This document shows positions 15,032 to 24,075 of a stretch of 64,000 nucleotides of DNA, piece by piece (position 1 is the first letter of the stretch; every line of letters starts with the position of its first letter). The notes beneath the pieces were generated by a model. It saw only the letters and a program-made list of their open reading frames with translations, made no database searches and had not been told where the DNA came from. The stretch is from an uncultured delta proteobacterium (GTDB lineage Bacteria > Myxococcota > B64-G9). Made by a program: the position numbers and the translations under genes. The DNA lies in NCBI GenBank assembly GCA_963754925.1, contig CAVWHX010000005.1, forward strand, positions 96,001 through 160,000, given 5' to 3'.

Positions 15032-18000
15032 TCAATCGGCAATCGAGTACTTCAAACGGCCGCGGAGAATGAAATACTCATCTGATACCGCAAAGCGCAG
15101 CAGTTCGCCAAATACGGGATAGGGAGAGAGGGCGGTGATGATCTCTTTGGTCGAGCTGAGGCGTCTTTCGTTGAGCTCCGGGATTACGCGGCACAGGTGC
15201 ATGATGGCTTGGCTCAGGTCGTTGCCCATCAGGAGCCCGACGCGGTTGGCGGAGAGTTCGAGGCTTCGCAGGAACGCATCGTAGTCAGGAGCCTTAGCCA
15301 GGTCAGATGAATGGCCCTGGACGAGTTCTTCGAGCGCTTTGCGGCATTTACGGCTCATGGCTTTGTGGACTTGGCGGCTGAGCTCGCCGACCGCGCCTGC
15401 GGCGGTGCTGACGAGCTCGCAACCGGGCGCAAAGGGCTGAACGACCGCGGCCAGAAGTCGCGAGAGATCTTTTCCGCCGAGTTGCGTGGCCAGATAGCTG
15501 CCGTCCAAGATCCGTTTGATGGCGCGGCCCAGCGCGAAACGTTGTTCGCGCACCATCGTGTGTTTGGGCAGCCCATCGCCGACTATCAGCGACACCGGCG
15601 CCGTGTTCTCGATAGAAACCACATGGTTGGGTTGGGTTGAAAGGTACAGTTCATAGTCAACCTTATCGACGGTGAGGTTGTGAATCATCCCTTCGCACAT
15701 GGTCCGCGTCGGATCGTCCGGCCGGGCGCGGTTGCCCTTGCCCACCCCATGGCGCTCGAGTTTAGGCGGGAACACCTTGCTGAGCTGTCCGCTGAGAAGC
15801 TTGATGATTTCGCGTAGGATGCCGTACTCCGACGGGTGCAGCAGCAGCCGCTCGAAGTCCACGTGCGATAGCTGTTCACTTGAACGTTCAGCCACTTTTG
15901 AGGCGTTTTCGGTATAAAACGGCTCCTCGTTTTGATCGGTGGCGCGCAAAAAGTGCAGAACGGCGCACACGCAGAAGACCTTATCGTGGGCGCGCTGAGC
16001 TTCAAACATCCGCCGCAACTCGCGGTATGAATCGATCCGGTAGGGATCGTGCTCGAGCAACGTACGATGTTCTTCGACGGCGTTTGCGTGATAGGGGTCG
16101 GCGCCTCCATAGAGGCTTGCCAGGTTCAAATGCGCCTCTGCCGATCCAGGGTCTAACGCCACGATGCGTTTATACTCGATGATAGCCTTGTCGACCTGGT
16201 TGAGCTTTTCGCTGTACAGTTTGCCGATCTTGAAATGGTAGGGAATGGCGTCGCGTGCGCGATCGGCCGGCAGCTTTTGGATGAAGGTTTGGTAGATGGC
16301 GATAAGCTCGTCCCATTGCTCCGAGCGCTCGTAGAGCTGGCTTAATTTATTAAGCGCGTCTGAATTATTCGGAGCGAGTAGTTGAACTTGTTGGTAGCAC
16401 TGCACCGCCCGGGCGAAGTCGCCCAAGCCGCGCTCGAAAATGCTGGCCTGTTCGTAATAATAAATAACCTGTCGCTGCGGATCGTGTTCAATTTCGATGA
16501 GGCGCGCCAGCACGCCGATCGTCTCAGCCCATTGCTGGCGGGCGAAGTGAATGGTCTTGAGGTGTTCGAGGCTATTGACATCATCCGGTTGCAGCGCGAG
16601 CACCTGACGAAAATGTTCGATGGCATTTTCCGGTTGAGGCAGTTTTTCCTGGAAAATCAAGCCTAATCGGTAATGAGTGAGCGCTGCCTGGTTGGGATCC
16701 ACGCCCAACTCCAACGCACGCAGACCAAAATGCATGGCCTCGTCCCAATCGCCCAGTTCAAAGGATAATTCGGAAAGAGTAGTAATGGTCGGCAGGTGGT
16801 TGGGTTCAGTCTTGAGGATCTCTTGAAAGTAGGCCTGCGCGTCACGTGGACGTTGCAGGCGCTGCTGGGTGATGCGGCCCAATTTCAGGTAGAGCTCGAT
16901 GCGCTCCGGCCCCTCGACCACCCGAAGGCGATTGCTATAGAGCCCGACCAAGCGTTCCCAATCGGCGGCGCCGGTCAACAACACCTCGAGCATTTGAAAG
17001 GCCTGTTCCTCGTGGGGATCGTGCTCGAGCACCCGTAGGAGGCAACCGATGGCGCGTTGGTCATCAAAGAGCCGTTCATGGAATATCTGGGCGGCCTGAA
17101 GCAAAATGGCGATCGCTTGTTGCGGAACGCGGGTCGCGAGTCCCTCGCGGTCGAGCAGGTCGAGCAGCTCGGTTTGCTTGCCTTGAGCAAGGAAAATCCG
17201 TTTGAGGGCTTTAATGGCCGGTAGATGCTCGGGCGCCAACCGGAGAGCCTCACGGAAATAATGGACGGCAACCTCCGGATCCTTGAGTTGTGTCTCGGCC
17301 AGGTCGCCGAGGCGCATGCATAGATCCAGCAACTCCTCGGCGGTGTACGTGCGGCTCAAGGCGCTTTCGTACAGCCGGCGCAATCCGTTCCAGGTGCCGG
17401 ACGTGCGGTACAGTATATCCAGGGAGCGGTTGGCCTCGGGATGGGTTGGATCGAGTGCAAGCATCTTCAACAAGTTTTCGCCGGCGCTCTCCGCTGGCTG
17501 CAAACGGTTCTCCTTGAGGTTGACGATCTGCGCCTGCAACACGACCTGCAGGTGCGGGTCGTTGGTGCGCGCACTCAGCAGTTCGTAGACGCGAACCAGC
17601 GCCGCATAATTGCGCTGGCTGAGATAGATACGTTCGAGTGCCTCAAGCGACGGGAGATAATCGGGGTTAACGGTCAGGATGCGCTCGTGATACTCGGCTG
17701 CTTTGACGAGGTCGTTTACCTGGTTGGCGTAGATCTCGGCCATGGTTGAAAGGATCTCGACCTGTTGCGTTTCGACCGAGGTTTGGCGCAACTGGCGCTC
17801 GTATATGAGCAGGAGCTCCCGCCAATTGCTGCCCAGGGTGTACTGCTCTATGAGCCCCTGGATGGCGGGTCCGTAGTCCTCGACGATGGTTAAGATGCGC
17901 TGCAACGTCTCGATGGCTTTGTCCGGCCGCCCAAGCGGTTGTCTCCAAATCTCGGCCGCCCGGTACAGGGATAGGGCGCGCTGGGAGGGATCCTCCAGCA

Positions 18001-20215
18001 CCTGCGCCTCTTTCTCGTAAACCTCCAGCAAGTTTTCCCAGTCGCGTTTGTTGGTATAGATGCGGATCAGCGCCTTGATGCTGGGGAAGTTGTGGGGCTG
18101 AATGCGCAGGACTTCCTGATAGATTTGGAGGGCGCGCTCCTCCTGAATCATTTTCTCTTCATACAGCTCGCCGATGTTGTAGAGCAGGGCGATATGCTGG
18201 GTCTCACTTTGGGTTACCTCGATCTCCTGCCGGTACATGCCCACCAGGTCTTCCCAGCGACCCTTGACAAAATACAACCGACCGAGACTCTGCAGCGCGG
18301 GGAGGTAGGACGGCGCTAGGGCGAGCACCTTCTTATAGGTTTCAATCGCCATGTCCTTGTTGTTGAGTTTTTCCTCGTAGATCTCTCCGTTGCGGTGGAG
18401 CAGGGAGACAACCTGTTTTTGGTCGTTGACCAGCTGCGCCTCGGTTTCGTTAACCTTGATGGATTCCTCCCAGCGATCCGCGCGTACGAAGAGTTTGCCA
18501 AGGGTGCGGATGGCCGGCAGGTGGTTGGGCGAGATCTCCAGGATGCGCTGGTAGCTGACGACCGCCTGATCAAGGTTGCCGAGCTTATCCTCCCACAGGG
18601 ATCCAATCTTATCGAGCAAGAAGACCGCCTGCTCGTGATCGGTGGTTACCACCAGTTCATCCTCGTACATGCGGATCAGCTTTTCCCAGCGATTGTATTT
18701 GGCGTACAATCGTCCCAAGGCCTTGAGGGCCGGCAGATAGCCCTGGTTAAGCTCGAGGCATTGTTCGAGTCGCGTCATAGCGTCTTCGTCGCGGTTGAGT
18801 CGCTCCTCGAGGATTTCGGCGAGCTTGTACAGGCGCACCGACTTGGCCTTTGGATCCTGGAGGTCGCGGATCTCGATCTCATACATCTGAACCAACTCGG
18901 CCCAACTGCCCTTGCGGAAGAAAAGTTTGCCCAGCGCTTGGTGCGCCGGTTGGTGATTCGCATCGAGTTCGATAACCTTGCGATAATAGGGAATAGTTCG
19001 GTCATCGTCGAAGAGCTTCTCCTCCAGTAAATTGCCGAGCTTGAAATACACCGACACCAACTCTTGGGGATCGCTAATCACGGTGACCTGTTGTTCCAGC
19101 GTCGCGACCAACTCAGGCCAGCGCATCAGATTTTCGTAGATGCTGGCCAATTCATCCAGCAGCAGCCGGTTGTTGGGTGAAAGCTGCAAGGCGCGCTGCA
19201 AGGATTGGATGGCACCCTCCTCGTTGCCGAGTTCCTCGCGCAACACGCGGGCGATCTGATAGTGCAACATGGCGGCTTCGGCCGGCGTGGTCGTGACCGC
19301 GAGCTCTTTGTTGACTATCTCAACCTGAGCCTCAAATTTTCGATCCTTGGCATACATCCGGGCAAGCTCGTGGAGGGCGTTGAGCTGACCGGGCTCAATC
19401 GTCAGTATCCGCTGGAGCAGCGCCTCGGCCGAAGCCGTGTCTTGGAGGTTTACCTGAAGTATGTGCGCCGAGCTGAGGAGCAACGCCACCACAACGCGCG
19501 GATCTGAGATGAGCTCAACCAGCCGCATGCGCACGTCAAGTACCTTCGGCCAGTCACCGGCCGAAACAGCAATCCGCTCGATCTGCCGCAGGCACTCAAT
19601 GTCCTGAGGGGCACATGCAACAGCGCTTTCGAAGGCTTTCGAGGCGTCATCGATCCGGCCGAGCTTCTCTTCGAACACCAGCCCGCGCTGCAGGTGCAGG
19701 TGCGCCTTGCCCAGCGCCTCGTCGGTCGCCTCGGCTTCGGATTCGAGAATCTGGACGGTTGCGTTCCAGTTGCCGATCTGGGAGGCAAGCCGGCAGGCGG
19801 CGCGTATGTTGGGCAGTAGGTGCGGCCTTAGTTGGAAGGCTTTGTTATAACAGATCCACGCATTGCGTTGTTGGGCGAGTTTTTCTTCCCAGATCCGGCC
19901 GCATTCAAAGTACAAGGCGGCCGCCTCGGGCACGTCGCCGAGCGCCTCGATCTCACGTTCGTACTCGGACAGCAACCCCTGCCAGGCCGGCGCTTGCAGC
20001 GGATCAAATGCCGCCGGTTGGCTTCCCGGAACGCCGGGTAGCGGAAGGGGCTCCTCTCTCTGACCGGGCGCAAGCATCACCACGGGCGGCGGATCGGTCT
20101 GGATGGGAATGTCGATAGCCGTATCAATCGGTATGCCCGTGTCTGAGGAATCTGTCGGCTGTTGGGGTAGGGGAGTAGATGGCGTCTGCTCCGGGTATTT
20201 TTCGTCTGCACCCAT
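15032..20215 (-). CDS. Very large TPR-repeat protein (about 1730 aa), myxobacterial AgmK-like scaffold
   Basis: Dozens of helical repeats of the type LGxLxEEKL..D.A...Y..xL...P...A...L..LY; Pro-rich N-term; ATG 20215 with GGAGGG RBS. Confidence 0.85.
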   Translation of the reverse strand: MGADEKYPEQTPSTPLPQQPTDSSDTGIPIDTAIDIPIQTDPPPVVMLAPGQREEPLPLPGVPGSQPAAFDPLQAPAWQGLLSEYEREIEALGDVPEAAALYFECGRIWEEKLAQQRNAWICYNKAFQLRPHLLPNIRAACRLASQIGNWNATVQILESEAEATDEALGKAHLHLQRGLVFEEKLGRIDDASKAFESAVACAPQDIECLRQIERIAVSAGDWPKVLDVRMRLVELISDPRVVVALLLSSAHILQVNLQDTASAEALLQRILTIEPGQLNALHELARMYAKDRKFEAQVEIVNKELAVTTTPAEAAMLHYQIARVLREELGNEEGAIQSLQRALQLSPNNRLLLDELASIYENLMRWPELVATLEQQVTVISDPQELVSVYFKLGNLLEEKLFDDDRTIPYYRKVIELDANHQPAHQALGKLFFRKGSWAELVQMYEIEIRDLQDPKAKSVRLYKLAEILEERLNRDEDAMTRLEQCLELNQGYLPALKALGRLYAKYNRWEKLIRMYEDELVVTTDHEQAVFLLDKIGSLWEDKLGNLDQAVVSYQRILEISPNHLPAIRTLGKLFVRADRWEESIKVNETEAQLVNDQKQVVSLLHRNGEIYEEKLNNKDMAIETYKKVLALAPSYLPALQSLGRLYFVKGRWEDLVGMYRQEIEVTQSETQHIALLYNIGELYEEKMIQEERALQIYQEVLRIQPHNFPSIKALIRIYTNKRDWENLLEVYEKEAQVLEDPSQRALSLYRAAEIWRQPLGRPDKAIETLQRILTIVEDYGPAIQGLIEQYTLGSNWRELLLIYERQLRQTSVETQQVEILSTMAEIYANQVNDLVKAAEYHERILTVNPDYLPSLEALERIYLSQRNYAALVRVYELLSARTNDPHLQVVLQAQIVNLKENRLQPAESAGENLLKMLALDPTHPEANRSLDILYRTSGTWNGLRRLYESALSRTYTAEELLDLCMRLGDLAETQLKDPEVAVHYFREALRLAPEHLPAIKALKRIFLAQGKQTELLDLLDREGLATRVPQQAIAILLQAAQIFHERLFDDQRAIGCLLRVLEHDPHEEQAFQMLEVLLTGAADWERLVGLYSNRLRVVEGPERIELYLKLGRITQQRLQRPRDAQAYFQEILKTEPNHLPTITTLSELSFELGDWDEAMHFGLRALELGVDPNQAALTHYRLGLIFQEKLPQPENAIEHFRQVLALQPDDVNSLEHLKTIHFARQQWAETIGVLARLIEIEHDPQRQVIYYYEQASIFERGLGDFARAVQCYQQVQLLAPNNSDALNKLSQLYERSEQWDELIAIYQTFIQKLPADRARDAIPYHFKIGKLYSEKLNQVDKAIIEYKRIVALDPGSAEAHLNLASLYGGADPYHANAVEEHRTLLEHDPYRIDSYRELRRMFEAQRAHDKVFCVCAVLHFLRATDQNEEPFYTENASKVAERSSEQLSHVDFERLLLHPSEYGILREIIKLLSGQLSKVFPPKLERHGVGKGNRARPDDPTRTMCEGMIHNLTVDKVDYELYLSTQPNHVVSIENTAPVSLIVGDGLPKHTMVREQRFALGRAIKRILDGSYLATQLGGKDLSRLLAAVVQPFAPGCELVSTAAGAVGELSRQVHKAMSRKCRKALEELVQGHSSDLAKAPDYDAFLRSLELSANRVGLLMGNDLSQAIMHLCRVIPELNERRLSSTKEIITALSPYPVFGELLRFAVSDEYFILRGRLKYSIAD

Positions 20216-20324
20216 CTTCAAGCACCCTCCGCCTAAGAACGACACAAAATTGTCCACATGATTCTTGACTTAATATCTATCATAACACAATGACTACGTA
20301 CAAGTTTTTTGGATTAATTTCGCC

Positions 20325-20630
20325 TCAAAGGACGTTTCGTAACCGAGCGAGAAGCGTCTCCTCGGGGATATCTCGTATCCGTACGGTCTTGGCCCGAGTG
20401 CTCAGGCCGGCGACGAGGCTCACGTTACGAGTGGGTAGCTCCAGCGCCTCTGATAAGAAACGCAACAGCGCAGCGTTGGCTTTTCCTGCAATCGGTGCGG
20501 CGGAAAGCTTGAGCTTCAGACGCTCGCCATGCAAACCGGCAAAACCGGATTTCTTCGCATTTGGCTGAATCCAAAGCATAATCAACCATCCTCCGGAGCG
20601 CTCGCGCTGCAGATATTTCGGAGTCGTCAC
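20325..20630 (-). CDS. yggU: DUF167/YggU family protein
   Basis: IQPNAKK, APIAGKANAALLRFL and GLSTRAK motifs; follows divIVA. Confidence 0.85.
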   Translation of the reverse strand: MTTPKYLQRERSGGWLIMLWIQPNAKKSGFAGLHGERLKLKLSAAPIAGKANAALLRFLSEALELPTRNVSLVAGLSTRAKTVRIRDIPEETLLARLRNVL

Positions 20631-21446
20631 TGACTGTTCTCGACTTCGCTGCGGGTCGTTGGTTGTTGAGACGGGGCGGCGGCGTCGATCTCTTGCGGTT
20701 TAGCTTGTTTGAGGAACTTTATTTTGTCCTCGACATTAAAGCTGCCGCTTCGGGTCTCGGCCTCTTGACGAACGGTCAATAATTTGGTGTGCGTGTCAAT
20801 GGTGTTCTGGATGTGCGGAAACCAGCGCCGTTTGCTGATGTTGCAGGCGTTCGACATCCTCGCGCAGCTCTTCGGTTTCGTGGTCGCGTTCCAGGCCCAG
20901 TTGGTTGGCGTGGGCCTCGATTGCTTCGCGGATAGCCGCATACAACAGCGCGCGCCGCTGACGCAATTCTTCGATGCCGATGAAGAGCGATTCGGTGCGT
21001 TCTTGGTTGATCTCCTGCAGCAGCCGGCGGTGGGCTTCGATGATGCCGATTAGGTTGGCCTTGAGGCCTTCGCGTTGCCGCTTCATTTCATTGATGTCTT
21101 CAATAATCTTGATAAGCCGGTCGTTGGCGGCGTAGATGATCTTCTCGGCTTGAAGCTCGGCGCGCGAGATGATGAGCTCGGCCTCCTTGCGGGCGTCTTC
21201 TTTCAGGTCCTCGGTAATCTTCTGTGCGGTAAGCATGGTTTCTTTGAGCGTCCGCTCGCGTTCGTGGTACTCCTCCACCACCCGATTGGAACGAGCCAGC
21301 TCCTCCCTGAGGCGATTGAGCTCGCGCTGGGAAGATTCCAACTCATCGCTCGCCAAGTTGAGGAACGAGTCCACCTCGTGTGGGTCGAGCCCTCGAAAGG
21401 TACGACCAAACGTTTGTTGACGAATGTCGATGGGGGTAATCTTCAT
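20627..21446 (-). CDS. divIVA: DivIVA domain protein with extended C-terminus, frameshift near 20815
   Basis: MKITPIDIRQQTF..FRGLDPHEVDSFL signature. The C-terminal QNTIDTHTKLL...EDKIKFLK continues in the 20627-20941 frame. Confidence 0.85.
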
Positions 21447-21461
21447 AGCGTGCTCCTTGGC

Positions 21462-22124
21462 CTATGCGGCCGCGAATGGCCGGAAAATCCCGGCTTGCTC
21501 CAAAAGAGCAATAGTTTCACTGAGCGGCAGGCCGACAACGTTGGTGTAGGAGCCATTGATGCGGCTGACCAGCATGGCACCGCGGCCCTGGATCCCGTAG
21601 GCTCCAGCTTTATCAAGGGGTTCGCCGGTGCGTATATAACCGCTAATCCACTCTTCGGTCAATGGGCGAAAGGTGACGTTGGTGCGGACCGTGAGGGACT
21701 GTTCGATGGCGGTACCAACGTGCAGCAGCACGACAGCCGTCAATACCAGGTGGTCGCGGCCAGACAGCCGTCGCAGCATGACCGCAGCATCGTCCTCGTC
21801 GGCCGGTTTGCCGAGGATCTCGTCGTCGACCACCACAATAGTGTCGGCCCCGAGAACCCAGCAGTCGCCCGGGAGCCTCTGGGCAGCGGCACCTGCCTTC
21901 TGACGAGCGACCCTCAGACAGAAATTTTCGGGAGTTTCGTGCGCCGTCAGACGTTCGTCGGTTGTCGTCGCCACTTGCTGAAAGGGGACGCCGGCCAACG
22001 TCAGGAGCTCTCGGCGGCGGGGAGAACTTGACGCCAACAACAACGGATCATGCCCACGTGATGTATGCGGTAATTGCACGAACTGAAGTTTAAGCCAATG
22101 ATCCGAATGAATCAAGAAATACAC
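21462..22124 (-). CDS. maf: Maf-family nucleoside triphosphate pyrophosphatase (start uncertain)
   Basis: LASSSPRRRELL, GADTIV, LGKP, DKAGAYGIQG and NVVGLP. Confidence 0.92.
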   Translation of the reverse strand: MYFLIHSDHWLKLQFVQLPHTSRGHDPLLLASSSPRRRELLTLAGVPFQQVATTTDERLTAHETPENFCLRVARQKAGAAAQRLPGDCWVLGADTIVVVDDEILGKPADEDDAAVMLRRLSGRDHLVLTAVVLLHVGTAIEQSLTVRTNVTFRPLTEEWISGYIRTGEPLDKAGAYGIQGRGAMLVSRINGSYTNVVGLPLSETIALLEQAGIFRPFAAA

Positions 22125-22222
22125 GCCAGATCTTTCAACGGCGATTCAATTGACTTCACCGGCACTTCTTATACAATGAATGATATGTTCTAACAACCTT
22201 AACGTGGGGTAGGGTTTCCATA

Positions 22223-23272
22223 ATGCAGCGGGAGGAATTGCTCAAAGAGATGGCGCGTACCATCTCGGAGCTGCGACTGTTCAATGACGTCGGCAAAGCA
22301 CTGACCTCGACGCTCGATATTCGCGAAGTCCTCTCCCTGGTCATGCAAAAAATCAGTGAGTTGCTCCGCCCCAGCAATTGGTCGCTCTTGTTGGTCGACC
22401 CGTTGACCAAGGAGCTGTATTTTGAAATTGCGGTAGGCACGGGGTCGGAGAAGCTCAAGGATATGCGTTTGCCGAAAGGCGAAGGGGTGGTGAGTTGGGT
22501 CGCCCAGGAAAAAACGCCGATCCTGGTTGGCGATGCCCGCGAGGATCAGCGGTGGTGCCGGAAGATCGACGAAGTGACGAAATTCGAGACCAGGGCGATT
22601 CTCTGCGTTCCCATGATGTCGCATGATTCGGTGCTCGGGGTGATCGAATTGGTTAACACCGAGCCGCACACGTTTAGCGAGGCGGACCTACGGTTACTCG
22701 CTTCGCTAGCCGATTACGCCGCCATCGCTATCGAGAACGCTCGAAACTTTAAACGGATACAAGAACTGACGGTGACCGACGACGTTACCAGCCTCTATAA
22801 CTCACGGCACCTCCATGACACACTCGAATACGAATTCGAGCGGTCCAAACGATACGACCTATCGTTTTCGGTAATCTTTTTTGACATCGATCGCTTCAAA
22901 CAGGTCAACGATAGGTATGGCCATCTATGCGGATCTAAGTTGCTCCGGGAGGTTGGCGATCTCGTATGCAGCAATCTTCGAACGATTGACGTTCCGACTC
23001 GATACGGCGGCGACGAGTTTGTTATAATACTTCCCCAGACCACTAAGCAACAGGCTATCCATGTTACCCGGCGATTGCGGCTCGCCCTGAATGAAAAAGA
23101 TTTTCTTAATTCAGAGGGACTGAACGTTAAGATTACCGCCTCGTTTGGGATTGCAACCTTCCCTGACGACACCGAGGAAAAGGATGGGGTTCTTCGGATG
23201 GCCGACGAAGCCATGTACCGGATAAAGGAATCAACGCGGGATGGCATCAAGATCGCTGGTGTTTCTAGCTGA
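22223..23272 (+). CDS. GAF-GGDEF diguanylate cyclase
   Basis: GAF domain, DDVTSLYN, DIDRFKQVNDRYGH, I-site RTID and intact RYGGDEF. Confidence 0.95.
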   Translation: MQREELLKEMARTISELRLFNDVGKALTSTLDIREVLSLVMQKISELLRPSNWSLLLVDPLTKELYFEIAVGTGSEKLKDMRLPKGEGVVSWVAQEKTPILVGDAREDQRWCRKIDEVTKFETRAILCVPMMSHDSVLGVIELVNTEPHTFSEADLRLLASLADYAAIAIENARNFKRIQELTVTDDVTSLYNSRHLHDTLEYEFERSKRYDLSFSVIFFDIDRFKQVNDRYGHLCGSKLLREVGDLVCSNLRTIDVPTRYGGDEFVIILPQTTKQQAIHVTRRLRLALNEKDFLNSEGLNVKITASFGIATFPDDTEEKDGVLRMADEAMYRIKESTRDGIKIAGVSS

Positions 23273-23304
23273 TTAATTCATATACGCCGTTATTATTTGG
23301 TAAC

Positions 23305-23479
23305 GGGTATTTTTCTACCCTGGGGGTGATTTTTGATCTAGGAATATGTGTGTAAATGGGTATATAATGACCCATGGGCGAGTAAGAATGAATCCATCGA
23401 TAGTTACCCAAACGCTATGAGCTAACTGAATAAGTTGGTCATAAGTGAGATCATGCAAGGCCATGGTACGTTTCTAGCA
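23305..23479 (+). promoter_or_regulatory. Candidate sigma54 promoter (23464-23479) with two upstream palindromic enhancer-like sites
   Basis: TGGTACG-tttc-TAGCA has GG-N10-GC spacing. GGGTA-N6-TACCC at 23305-23320 and GGGTA-N6-GACCC at 23358-23373. Confidence 0.55.
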
Positions 23480-23524
23480 GATATTTCCCTGAAGCAGAGC
23501 CTTTTTTGCGAGGAGGAATTCACT

Positions 23525-24043
23525 ATGAACCGGCCGGTCGTTCTTTTCGTAGATGATGAAGCCAATGTGCTCAATGCCTTACGCAGATCGTTACGAAAGG
23601 AACCCTACGAGCAGCTTTTTGCCCAGGATCCCAAGGAAGCCCTGGAAATTCTTGGGAAGAGAAATGTTGATCTTGTTATATCGGATCATCTTATGCCTTC
23701 AATGGATGGGCTGTCGTTGCTCAAGATGGTGAAAGAGCATTACCCGAAGATCATACGGGTACTTTTGACTGGTCATGCCGATGTACAAATGACTATTGCA
23801 GCCATCAACGAAGGAGAGGTTTTCCGTTTCTTGACTAAACCCTGGGACGACGCGGAGCTTAAAGTAACCCTCAAAAATATCTTCGAGTTTATCGATATTC
23901 GTCGTGAAAACCAAGTGTTACTCGATACCGTGAGGAAGCAACGGGTTTTCATTGATAAACTGGAATCTGAACATCCTGGACTGTTGATCGTTGAGCGGGA
24001 TGAGTCTGGCGCTATAGTTCTCGACGAGGATCTAGACGGATAA
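23525..24043 (+). CDS. Response regulator receiver with short coiled-coil tail
   Basis: LFVDDE, ISDHLMP, LLTGH and KPW; RBS GAGGAGG before ATG 23525. Confidence 0.92.
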   Translation: MNRPVVLFVDDEANVLNALRRSLRKEPYEQLFAQDPKEALEILGKRNVDLVISDHLMPSMDGLSLLKMVKEHYPKIIRVLLTGHADVQMTIAAINEGEVFRFLTKPWDDAELKVTLKNIFEFIDIRRENQVLLDTVRKQRVFIDKLESEHPGLLIVERDESGAIVLDEDLDG

Positions 24044-24075
24044 CGGCGTTAGGTCAATGGTGGAGGACCGTTGAA

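Noticed and set aside
21075..22031. 318-aa plus-strand ORF and similar long antisense ORFs (39050-39892, 43806-44687, 62479-63357)
   Set aside because: Shadow frames opposite well-supported genes in GC-rich DNA, with no motifs.
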